Below are positions 25,283 to 36,933 of a stretch of DNA of 64,000 bases, piece by piece (the stretch's first letter is position 1; each line of letters starts with the position of its first letter). Source of the stretch: Lepidodermella squamata (taxonomy: Eukaryota; Animalia; Gastrotricha); assembly GCA_047495785.1 (NCBI GenBank), contig JBLDXI010000025.1, positions 2,294,001 to 2,358,000 of the forward strand, in the 5' to 3' direction. Below the pieces are notes generated by a model. That model ran no database searches. It was given only the letters and a program-made list of their open reading frames with translations, and had not been told where the DNA came from. The position numbers were made by a program, and so were the translations under genes.

Positions 25283-26578
25283 TCAAGTCAGATTGAGCGC
25301 AGAAGATGCCGCACTAAAGACTGCCATTCTTTGAGACATAATTGACATAAATGAAAGTAATTCCTTGCGGATCACTAGAGTCTGTTGGTAGCATTTAGAG
25401 AAGAGCTCCATCTTCTTCCTAGTTTCCTCCACATCGCCAATCGATCGAGAGGACCACAGCATTATTAGAGCTTGGTACATTTCCTTCTGTAGATTTGTAA
25501 TCCGTTCGCTGATTCTAGGATCGTCAACTATCAATAGACAAAAGTTCGTTCACAGCAAGTAAAATAAGTAAAAATTAATTACTATGAAAGAATAAAATGC
25601 CCATTAACAGAGAGCTTTCCAGGTAAGAAGGGTTTAATTGTGCCAGATATACAGATAATTGTTTGCATGCCGCAACTGTTCTCTGAAGATATTGAATCAG
25701 AATTAATGCGCTTTATAGAAAATACTTCAGTACTTGGTATTCAGGAAAAGCTTGGGCAGAAATTTGAGTCGCCTGTTCACACATTCCGAGGTTGGCTGAG
25801 GAGCTGCCATTCGGCAGATTGTGAAACAGGGCCTTCACATGAACAACACTCGTGGATTTCAATTCTTCCAAATCTGCCTCCGTCAGGCTCAATCGAGCTC
25901 TCATATTCATACCTTGAGAAGAATTTTTCCGGCGAGGCTAATAAAATAACAGCAAAGCAAACCTCTGATCAGCTTGCCATACCCTTCGCATATCATTGAC
26001 TCCATAACGGCCTGCTGGAGACCTAAATCAAGTACGGTTCTAACGTCTTTGATTTCAACAGTAGGTCTTTTCAGCGGCAAAAACTCGAGGCCTTGGAGCG
26101 ATGGATAAGCAGTCGCAGCCATGTTCAACGCATTTTCAGCTCGAAGGCATAGTTTAGTTTGCGGATTCGAGATGATTGACATGGGTGATAGGTTGCTACC
26201 CTCCGAGGCAGATGACACCTGGTCACTAGTGGATTCTGCAAAACTCGTATTCCTCAGACCTTTAGCCATGAATTTGCCTTGATTACAAAATTCATAAAAA
26301 TGTAATGAATTATTCGAATTAGTAGCCTTACTTTGCATTCCTGCCGCCAAGCATTTGTCGAAACGGCATTTAGCGCAGAATTGGCCTTTTAAACGGCTGT
26401 TCAGAATACATGGCTGGTTTAGAATTCCGGTTTTCGCCTTCATGCAGATCAGCTTTTCGTGCTTCTCGCAGTGCCGTCGGAAAAATTTCTGGCAGGCTTC
26501 GCACACCGATGGTTGATAATCTTTGCGGCGAGGAACGACCGACTTGCAAACTTTGCAAAGGACAGCATTAGGAGTCAT
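25283..26578 (-). CDS. Divergent nuclear receptor NR-e, 5 exons
   Basis: MTPNAVLCKVC..CEACQKFFRR; LBD LNPSYLESSLL; the protein ends ALNLT*. Confidence 0.87.
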
Positions 26579-26639
26579 TATTTAGCTAAAGCCTACGAGC
26601 ACATGAAGTCATTTGTGAGTTGTGAGCTTGCTGTGTGTG

Positions 26640-26650
26640 AAAAATCGATA
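26640..26650. promoter_or_regulatory. AAAAATCGATA motif (Onecut/CUT-like or DRE-like) upstream of NR-e, recurring before most NR copies
   Basis: Exact or near matches at 28342, 30060, 32564, 34202 and 38263, and at 1178 in the same orientation relative to transcription. All lie 33-160 bp upstream of the ATG. Confidence 0.5.
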
Positions 26651-26772
26651 AGAGACGTGAAAATTAGGAATGAAAAGGCGGGTAGAATGACAATGACTAA
26701 ACAAAGTTGTGCAAAACACGACAGTCACTAGTAATGTGCAATGGAGAAAATACGCAAAATAACTAGAAGCTT

Positions 26773-26810
26773 CGTCGATTAGACGTCGATTAGACGTCGA
26801 TTAGACATCG
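26773..26810. repeat. 11-bp tandem repeat (CGTCGATTAGA x3.4) in the NR-e upstream region
   Basis: Units start at 26773, 26784 and 26795, with a partial unit at 26806. Confidence 0.85.
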
Positions 26811-26994
26811 TAAATAAAAAGAACGCATGAGTTAAACTGGAGCGTGCTTTCGAAATGAGTACTGTTAATGATATTGCTATTTTGATTTTTTGTTCGATTG
26901 ATACCAGCCTTTCATTCATAAACTCTATTTTTTGTTTACTCACAACTATACTCATCGATTCAATGCCCAATTTTATGAATTATTGAAACGCAGC

Positions 26995-28276
26995 TCATTC
27001 GAGTACAGCAGCGGCTGAGCTGAAAGCCGCGACATTAACCGAAAGCTGGTACATCGAAGCCAAAAGTTGCTTGCTAACTAGCAATGTTTGCTTGTAACAC
27101 TGAGAAAAGAAATCCATCCTTCGTTTAATTATGGAATTATCAGAGCTGCTATGTCTAGCCGACCAGACCATTCTCAGCGCCCTTAAGAGCTGATTCTGAA
27201 GAAATGCAGTTGAGTTTTGCCGTTTTGACGTTTTGCCATCCTCTGATGATTAAATAACAAAATTCTGAAATTTCGCGCAATTGTATGAAGCTTACTGTGA
27301 AAGAAAAGTATGCCAATCAGCAGAGCTGCTTCATCAAAGGAAGGATTCCATTGAGCCAAGGTTGCTGACAAAATTTGGCAAGACAGGAAAGCTTCCTTTA
27401 AGAGTAGTAGGCATCAAAGCATAATGAATTATGAACCTATCGATAATACCTCGAAATCGGGGAATGCACCAAGATACATTGCTACCAACTCGTTTGACAA
27501 GCCGAAAAAGGTCGATGGACAGGTATTTGGTAGATTGTGATATAAAGCTTTTATATGGATAACGCTCGACGTTTTCAGCTCATCTAAATCTTCGTTGGGT
27601 ATGTTTAAGCCGTTGGCGGCAGCCAGATCTGGAATTTACTCTCAAGCTGAACCTTAAGGGCTAAAAAATCATAAAATCAACTCACGGCAGAAAATTTGCC
27701 CATACTGAGCACACATCATTGTTTCAGTCATGAGTTGCTCAATTCCGAGTTTCAGCAGTAGGTCTATGTCACCAACGGCGGATTTTGGCCTCTTTAAAGG
27801 GCCTACCTCCAAGCCATGGAGAAAGGTGAATGCCTTGACAGACATCATCAGGGCTGACTCGGAATTGATTAAGGCAGTAAAGGATGGCTTTGTTAGTTTG
27901 CAAATATTTGATGTAGCCGAAAAGTCATCACTAGAAGATTCGGCATGGAGTTTACTCCTCGGACGTTTAGCCATGAATTTACCTTAATTCCAATTGCTTT
28001 TAAGGAGTTAATCATTTAAATTAATTGACCTACTATGCATTCCCGCAGATAAGCATTTGTCGAAGCGGCATCTCGGGCAGAGTTGCCCTTTCATTTGACT
28101 GTTGAGAGTGCATTGTTGCTTTCCTGTAGTAGCCCGTAAGCAGGACAGCTTTTCGTGCCTCTCACAGTGTCGCCGAAAAAATTTCTGACAAGCTTCGCAC
28201 GTTGATATGGTTGGTAACCCCTCCGTCGTGGAACAACCGATTTGCAAATTTTGCAGTTCACAACAGTGGAAGTCAT
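26995..28276 (-). pseudogene. Nuclear receptor NR-f with a 2-bp insertion in zinc finger 1; LBD frame intact
   Basis: Reads CAA CCA TA TCA ACG TGC near 28205-28208, where paralogs have QP(S/T)xC. The downstream exons are open to VLE*. Confidence 0.75.
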
Positions 28277-28625
28277 AGCTTTCAAAGTTCAGTCTGATAA
28301 GACATTAAGCTAATTGTAAATGCATGAGCTATATGTCTGTTAAAAATCGATAAAGGGTTGAGAATTTTGAACGAAAAAGCATGTAAATTGGCTGTCTTGC
28401 AAAACAAGATCGCAAGTGATATTTAGGCACAATTTTCAAAGAAAAATGCAAAGCTAATCTGCAAAGAATTTGATGCATATTTTTCAAAATATGATTGTCG
28501 AAGAAACTTATTCATAGATTGAGAATCAGTTGTTCAGTCACACCAAGACACTCTTTGGATTGTTTCTTTATTCATTTGCATTATCGATGTAATAAATCAT
28601 TAATCCAAAAATTCAGAAACTAATT

Positions 28626-29915
28626 TCATTCCAGTACGGCAGCGGCGGAGCTGAAAGCCGGAACATTTGTCGAAAGCTGGTACATTGCCGTCAAAAGTTG
28701 CTTGCTCACTAATAATGTTTGGCTGTAACACTGAGAAAGCAAATCCATTCTTCTTTGAATTTCGAAGGAATCAGAGCCACTACCATCAGCAGACCAGAGC
28801 AATCGGAGTGTCTTAAAAAGCTGCTTCTGAAGGAAAGCTGTTGAACCTCCTCGTTTTGGCATTCTGCTATCCACTGATTAAAAATCAAGAATTCGAGAAT
28901 TTCCTGTAAATTTCCTGTAAATCTTACTGTGAAAGAAAAGGATGCCAATTAGCAGAGCAGCCTCATTGAAAGAAGGATTCCATTGAGCCAAGGTTGCTGA
29001 CAACTTTTGGCAAGACTCGAAAGCTTCCTTAATCATGAAATCATAGAAATACTGAGAGCTACGTTTCGCCATGTTTTACCATGAACTCAGGGAATGCCCC
29101 TAGGTACATTGCTACCAACTCATTTGACAAGCCGAAAAAGGTCGATGGACATGTATTTGGTAGATTGTGATATAAAGCTTTTATGTGGACTACACTCGAA
29201 GTTTTCAAATTATCCAGGTCATCTTTTGATATTTTCAAGCCGTTGCTAGCAGCCAGCTCTGGAATGCACCATTAACGTGAATCCTCTTTAAGACTCAACT
29301 AAAACCACTTACCGCTGAAAAGTTGACCATATTCAGCACACAGCATTGTTTCAGTCATGAGTTGCTCGATTCCGAGTTTCAGCAGGTGATCTATGTCTCC
29401 GATTGCTGCTTTCGGCCTCTTTAATGGACCTGCCTCCAAACCGTGGAGAAAAGTGAATGCCTTGACAGACATCATCAGAGCTGACTCGGCATTTTGTAGA
29501 TCAAAGGAAGTTGGCTTAATCATGACCACAGAGTTTGCAATTTCCTTCTCATCTTTAGGTTCTGGAGAATCATAGTTTTTAGCCTCTTTAATTACTGTCA
29601 TCGATTTGCCTGGATAAAATAAAAAAATTGGCGAGTTTAAACGAAGATTTCAGTGTCCTTACATCGCATTCCAATGGCGAGGCATTTGTCGAATCGGCAA
29701 CGTGGGCATGAATTCCGTTTGCCTGCAACAGCTATGATGCACGGTGATACGGCCTTTACACCGTATTTCATTGTATTGAGGCAAATCAACGGCTTCTTGC
29801 TGATATGGTGACGGCGGAAGAATTTCTGGCAAGCCTCGCAAACCGACGGCTGATAGTCGCGTCGACGAGGCACAGGCGAAGAGCAAACCTTGCAGAGGCT
29901 TGATTTGCGCTCCAT
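28626..29915 (-). CDS. Divergent nuclear receptor NR-g, 5 exons
   Basis: MERKSSLCKVC..CEACQKFFRR; LBD WNPSFNEAALL; the protein ends AAVLE*. Confidence 0.87.
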
Positions 29916-30286
29916 TCTGCAGCAGATCGGGTACAAAAAGGGAGTGAGCGTGTGACCTAGCTCAGTTTGCAGTATTGCAATTCGAGCAGCATTAGGTTGT
30001 CATAAGAAAATTACTATCATCTGAACTGATGTGCGTGAATCGCCTGCAGTATGCAACTTCAATCGATAATAGCTTCAATACTGCTGTCTAGCATCTAGCA
30101 GGTCAATATTCAAGGTGTCGGAAAGCGTGCATTCTGTAAATATTACGCTTTACACTAACTGATCCAGTTTCTCCAATTAAAGATGGGCCTGCTCATTTTT
30201 TGTTTTTCACATTGAGAGCGCCGGATAGAGCTAAGTTATTTTGGCATTTAATTATATTACCATTTGATCAACTTATCAGCGCCAAG

Positions 30287-32531
30287 TCAGGCTAAATTTA
30301 GAACATTTGACAGCGAAGTGAACGCATTCATTTGCGGTGATAACTCAGCTACAACAGACAAGAATTCTTTTCGGATTCGTAAAGTGAGGTCATAGCATTT
30401 GGAAAATAATGTGATCTTTTGGCATGTCTCCTTTGCATCGCCAGTTGATCTAGAGGACCATAACATGAGCAGCGCCTGGTACATTTGCTTTTGTAATCGG
30501 ATTATCCGATTGCCCATCTTTGGATCATCAACTAGATACAAACGTGTCAGTATTCAAAAAGCAGTGAAAAACGAACAAGTACCGTGAAAAAATACAATTC
30601 CTAAAATGAGCGAGCTCTCAATGAAAGACGGATTTAATTCAGCCAAACAATCTGCCAAACGGCTGCACGCAACGAAGGTTGGCTGTAAAAATAATGAATC
30701 TTACGCAATATGGGAAAAGTCGTCAAAATTGCTCACTTTGAATCCGGGAAATGCCTGAATAGCAATGTTCGCAAATTGATTAGAAACGCCAAGGGTAGAG
30801 GGCGGACTGCCATTCGGCAGACTATTGAAAAGAGCTAACACATGGATAACACTTGTCGACTTGAGTGCATCCAGGTCGTCTTGCGTAAGACACAGTGATT
30901 CGATTCCTATACATTTGCTACAAGAGCAGGTTCGAATAACTATAGTTAATCCAACCTTTGAAAAAATTCCCATATTCTTCGCAGATCATCGACTCAATTG
31001 CGGTTTGTTCTAGGCCCATCCTCAAAACCGTTGCTATATCACTGATCTCCGAGGCTGGTCGTTTCAGAGGTACCAACTCCAGACCGTGGAAAGCAGTAAA
31101 CGCATTCATCGCGTTCAAAATCATTGCTTCAGCTTTCAATCCTTTTTTAGTTTGCGGGTTATAGATAATCTTTGCAGGTGGCTGAATTACTATGGAATCG
31201 TGCGCTCAATTCCGGGCCCCCCTTAGTTTCGTGCGGCCCCCAACATTAATTGCGCAACCAGAGGGTAAAAATGGACTTGTGCGCGAGCGCTAAGTCCAAA
31301 TTTTTAAAAATTTCAGGGCCGCGCGCGCTAATGTCAAAGGGCTAGTTTTTATAAAGTAGGCGGTTTTTATACCAAAATATAGGTCAGACAATTCTCTATC
31401 GATTGAATATGGTGTTCTCGCGTGAAAAAATTAATGGGAAGAAATTTTACGCGCCTCTTAAGTTTCGAGAAGCGAGCGCGCGCGCTCTCACCCGGCGCGC
31501 AAAATCTAAGGTGCGCGTAAAACTTTTTCCCATTAATTTTTCGACGCGAGAACACTATATCTATTCGATAGAGAATTGTCTGAATTATTTTTTAATATAA
31601 AAACCGACGCGATATTTGAAAGTAATCCTTTAACGTCTTTGCGCGCGGTATTCAATTCGTTAAAAATCATGACTCTGAAAATGTAACCTTAGTGCGACTA
31701 ATGCGCGCTGGCTAAGTCATGATTTTTAACATATTTAATACCGCGCACGAATATGTTAAAGGAATACTTTCAAATATCGCGTCGGTTTTTATATCAAAAA
31801 ATAATTCAGACAATTCTCTATCGAATAGATATAGTGTTCTCGCGTCGAAAAATTAATGGGAAAAAGTTTTACGCGCACACCAAATTTTGGATACGAAGTG
31901 CGCGCGCTCTCAACTCGCGCTCAAAATGAAATGCGCGCGTAAAATTTCTTCCCATTAATTTTTTCACGCGAGAACACTATATCTATTCGATAGAGAATTG
32001 TCTGAATTATTTTTTGGTATAAAAACCGCCTACTTTATAAAAACTAGCCCTTTGACATTAGCGCGCGCGGCCCTGAAATTTTTAAAAATTTGGACTTAGC
32101 GCTCGCGCACAAGTCCATTTTTACCCTCTGGTTGCGCAATTAATGTTGGGGGCCGCACGAAACTAAGGGGGGCCCGGAATTGAGCGAATCGTGCCGACGC
32201 ACTGTGCTGACATTTTTCACCATGAATTTACCTCAAAGACATGAGAACAATCGATTTTATGTTGGGCTTGGGAGAATATCCGCTTACTTTGCAATCCTGC
32301 AGCTACGCATTTGTCGAAACGGCATCGTGGGCACATTTGGCCTTTTAAATGACTGGCCAACTTGCATGGCTGATAGGTCTCGTCCTTGCCTTTATCCTGT
32401 ACACAGACCAGCGCGAGAGGTTTTACGCAATGGCGTCTGAAGAATTTTTGACACGCTTCGCAAACAGTTGGCTGGTAGTCTTTGCGTCTAGGAACGAAAG
32501 ACGAACAAATTTTACACAGGACAGGAGGCAT
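30287..32531 (-). pseudogene. Nuclear receptor NR-h, interrupted in the hinge (exon 2) by a foldback element
   Basis: Removing 31204-32185 plus one TSD copy restores ...VRRHDSIVIQPP...KAEAMIL in frame. All other exons are intact. Confidence 0.85.
31204..32185. mobile_element. Non-autonomous 982-bp foldback / Mutator-like DNA element
   Basis: Termini GCTCAATTCCGGGCCC...GGGCCCGGAATTGAGC. About 170 bp of the TIRs appear identical, and the inverted arms extend about 470 bp. Perfect 9-bp TSD GAATCGTGC at 31195-31203 and 32186-32194. No transposase. Confidence 0.93.
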
Positions 32532-32858
32532 TTTATTCGAGGTTTATAAAGCAAGGCAACCTGAAAAATCGATAAGGAAAGACTAAAAAACATTAGAGGA
32601 TGATGGGTGAACTGCTTCATCTATATGTGAATAGAAGAATCCTCTCACTTTACTAATAGAAAATACGGAGCAATCAGATAATGACGCGGAGTTGCAAGAG
32701 ACTCGTTTCATCTGCAATTTAAATCAACATCAAATAGAAATTAATAGAGATTGGAACTAGGCCGTTTGCTCACTTTTCCTTATTGCAAATCAAGGACTTT
32801 TATTTCTGAGAAAACCGAATTGAATTGCACTATATGGCGCCGTATTGTAAGCACATTG

Positions 32859-34142
32859 TCATTTTAAATTAAGAATGGTTGACAGCGAGTTGAAAGAATG
32901 CATTTGCTGAGATAATTCAGTTACAAGGGACAAAAAGGTGTTTCTGATTCGTATAGTAAGGTCATAGCACTGCGAAAACAATGCTATCTTTTGGCTTGTC
33001 TCTTTTGCATCGTTATAGGCCCATAGCATGAGAAGCGATTGATACATTTGCCTCTGCAATCGGACGATCCTTTCAGCCTTCTTCGCGTCATCAACTGAAA
33101 GAAACGAACATGAACCATCCGAGAATTGAAGGTTGTTAAAGTTACCTTGGAAATATATCATTCCCATAATGAGTGAACTCTCAATGAAAGACGGGTTTAA
33201 CCGAGCGAGGTAATCAGCCAATCGGCCACATTGGGTATACAGTGGCTGGAAGTAACAACCCATATTTCCATGGTTACAAAAACGAAAACGGCTTACTTCG
33301 AAACCCGGGAAAGATTGAAGAGAAATTTCCTTTAATGAGTTAGATAAGCCTAGCATCGATGGAGGGCTCCCATTAGGTAGGCTGTTGAAGAGAGCTTTCA
33401 CATGAACTACACTTGTCGATTTGACTGCATCCAAGTCGTCTTGAGTAACACACATTGGTTCAATTTCTACACAATGTATTAATTGCGGATAATTTACTCA
33501 TTAACAGGCCCTACCTTGAAAATAATTGCCATATTTCTCACAAATTAGCGACTCCATCGCGGTTTGTTCCAGTCCCAACCTCAGTATTGTTTCAATGTCA
33601 CAGATCTCCGCGTTTGGTCTTTTCAGCGGCATCGATTCAAGGCCGTGAAATAAAGTGAAGGCCTTTGCTGTGCACAACATCATAGATTCAGCTTTTGAAC
33701 ATTGATTCGTCTGTGGATTCGAGATTATCGCAGGAGGTGATCGTGCACAGTCGCTCGAGGAATCAGATAACGAAATTGGGGAGCTTGAACGTCGTCCGGC
33801 ACATGTCCTCGCCATAAATTTACCTTGAAAAAAGAGAATTATGACAGCATTTTTTCAGGGATGACGGGATCTAAGATTACTTTGCAATCCTACAGCTACG
33901 CATTTGTCGTAGCGGCATCGCGGGCACATTTGACCTTTCAAATGACTCGCCAACTTGCATGGTGAACGGTTCTGGTCATCGCCTTTCTTGCCTTTATCCT
34001 GTACACAGACCAGTGCTTCAGGTTTTCCGCAATGGCGCCTGAAGAATTTTTGACATGCCTCGCAAACTGTAGGTTGATAGTCTTTCCGCCGAGGAACGAC
34101 AGACGTGCAAATTTTACACAGAACAGCCGCGATGGGAGGCAT
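32859..34142 (-). CDS. Divergent nuclear receptor NR-i, 5 exons
   Basis: MPPIAAVLCKIC..CEACQKFFRR; LBD LNPSFIESSL; the protein ends ILNLK*. Confidence 0.87.
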
Positions 34143-34421
34143 TTTTATTCGAGGAAAAAGTTATATTAATAATGAGAAGCTATAGGGTGCGACACCGAAA
34201 TAAAAAATCGATGAATCAATGAATGGCAACAGTGCACTACTAAGTTTGAGCACGATAATTCTTTCGGTTAATGGGTCCTAAAAAAATTACGAGCAATTTA
34301 CAATCTATATGTCACGAGTTGTGAATACTTTTTTGATACGAATTTTAGAAAACAAGGTAATCAAGGTTAACAATATTGGTTAATAATCATGTTTTGTGTT
34401 TTGCTGGTCCTGCAAGCTTTA

Positions 34422-34939
34422 GCTCAATTCCGGGCCCATATTAGTTCCGTCCGGCACCCACGCGTCGGTTGCGCAATTGGAGGGTAAAAGTGGACTTCAC
34501 GCAAAAAGTCGAAATGTTTAGCAACATTTTGGCCGCGCGCGCCGACGTCATTTTCGAATTTCCTAGCGGTTTTCATTCCGAAATCAAAGAGATCAGATCG
34601 AAATAAAGCCTGAATAATTCTCTATCAAATGAATACGGGTTTATCGCGAGAAAAATTAAAATTACTAGGTTTTACGTGCAGTCTAACTTTCCATTGATGC
34701 GTGTTCGCGCTCAAGATCACCGCGAGATATCTATATCTGTTCGATTGAGAATTGTATGAATTTTTTTTTGGTATAAAAACCGCCCAAATAATCGAAACTT
34801 GTCCTTTGACTTGACCGCACGCGGCCTCAAAATTTCAAAAAATTTCGACTTGGCGTTCGCGCACAAGTCAACTTTTACCCTCCGATTGCGCAACCGATGC
34901 TTGGTGGCCGGACGGAACTAATATGGGCCGGAGGTGAGG
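34422..34939. mobile_element. Older ~520-bp MITE related to the 31.2-kb element
   Basis: Starts GCTCAATTCCGGGCCC and shares the GCGCAA..GAGGGTAAAA..GGACTT and AATTCTCTATC blocks. The inverted right end is degenerate and no TSD is recoverable. Confidence 0.8.
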
Positions 34940-36933
34940 TTTCAAGGATAATATATTGTCGCCATGGACAAATAATTATCATATTTTGATTCAAGTATAA
35001 GCTTGGTTTTCACTCATTTGAAGGGAAATGCAGCCACCTAAACAAGAAGTATCGCTTGATGCGACAGGAAAATTACGAGGCAAAATTACATAACGAAAAA
35101 ACATCGGCGTTTTATTTACTCAAAATACCTGGCTCTTTTGTTTTTGTTGATAAAAGAAAATACTAAATTTGGATCATCGACCATCTAGCTGGCTTTAGGT
35201 AAATTAAGGGGAAATATTACGGCATTATCAAATTGCATTCAATTAAATAGCTAACCATTTTATTCGGTTATTTAACTGCGGTTATGGGTAGGTCACGATT
35301 AGGGTAAGAGGCTGAGACTAGAAAATGGGGAATTGGAACTGATTGCGAAAATTTGGAACAGAATCCAATGATGTTTGGAACTGAATTCAATAGTTTCGTA
35401 ATGAATTGATAATTCACTATATCCATGAATTATTTGAACTGTCCGAATGAGGACAATTTGCGAGCGTGCAGAATTTTGCAAATTTTATAGAATCGCTAGA
35501 ATTATTGCGAACCTGGTCCCAACTTTTCCAAATTTAACCCAATCAGTAAATTAGGAGTTTCTTTAACTCGTTTTCTTCAAAAGACCACGCATGTAGAAGA
35601 CATGAAGTAAGGAAGGGGTAGCCAACAATAACCTGAAATATAGCGGATTCACGGAAGAACGCCAACGTTTATAGCAATGAGATACTTGTGAGAGAATATC
35701 GTTAGCTTCGTTGAACAACTCGTATTTACAGTTGTTTACATCAGTTTAACGGTATAAAGGTCACGTGATAAATCATTTGTTTTTTGCTTCGTCATTTACG
35801 TGTAAAAAACAACGCTTTTTACTTGTCATCTTCCACCGTGAAACTACCGTAAAAAGTATAAAACCGAGTTCAACAACGCTAACGATATGGGAGGAATACA
35901 CTGCTTTACGGAAAATGAAGCTAAGCGAGAAGCTAAGGGCGAAGTAGAAGAGGAAATCGGCGACAAATAATGTTCTGATCTCAAGGACAAACCTCATTAG
36001 GCCCAGATGCTTTTCCGGAAAATTATAGCTAGTCTGAGTAAGGGTTCGAGCGAAGCTTATTACAAAATAGTTATTGACGATGGAAATGTATGTAGCCTGG
36101 AAGTATTACAGATAGCCTCTGTATTTCATTGATACTTTTGATGGAGTATAGGAATCCGAAAAATGAATGGGAATGAAAATGGAATAGACAGACAGTTAGC
36201 AAAATATCAAGACACGCGTTCTATCACGCGTGAGACAGGCGAGACCGCTCTTGAAAACAGAAAACAGGTCGATCGCCTATAAACTAGATAATATCAGACT
36301 CGATTTGCTCAGGGCACTATAGAGGGGACTGGCAGGAATTACTGCACAATCATGGAAAACAAAGGGACAGGTGAGTATTTTGATTCAAATTATACACAAG
36401 AAAAAAGTCGTCCTAATTCATTTACCGAAAGAATGAGTTAAGATAAATGTTTCAAATCGGATACTTCGGAATTCACAAGCGAAAATTCCACGCCCATTGG
36501 GGTGATTTTTGTTCTGTTGAAGAATAAATTGTTGAGCTCATCAATATTGTAGATTTGTGAAAGCTTATTATGTGGGCAGGGAGGAATTATGGGGCGCATT
36601 AGAAGAAGTCGGCTTAAGGCAAGATCTCATTGACAAAATAAAATGCTCCGTATAGAGAGACAGCATTGCTAAAGTGTGCATAAATTTCAGCGCATAACCT
36701 TTGCTTTCGAAACCGCACTGTGATGTCCCTTGAAATAGATAGCACTCAGTTAATTATTGATATTTTTGCAGCACGATATGGCTGAAAATTAATGTCCCGA
36801 AAATCAAGTTTGTAATTGTTAATGAAAATAACTGCAATCTAGCTTGTGCAATTTTAGGAACTTTTATTTCAGAGCAGCCTTCCAGTATACATGTATATGT
36901 TTTGTTGTCATATCGCAGTTCATGAGCATGAAT

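Noticed and set aside
26773-26810. Short repeat considered as CRISPR-like or telomeric
   Set aside because: It has no spacers, only 3.4 units and a eukaryotic context; it is a plain minisatellite.
31367-31600. Two similar ORFs on opposite strands (FSRxKINGKKFYA)
   Set aside because: They are a by-product of the internal palindrome and show no transposase motifs.
34950-36900. Spacer between NR-i and NR-j with short ORFs and an isolated donor-like site near 36370
   Set aside because: No coherent gene model or NR similarity could be built.
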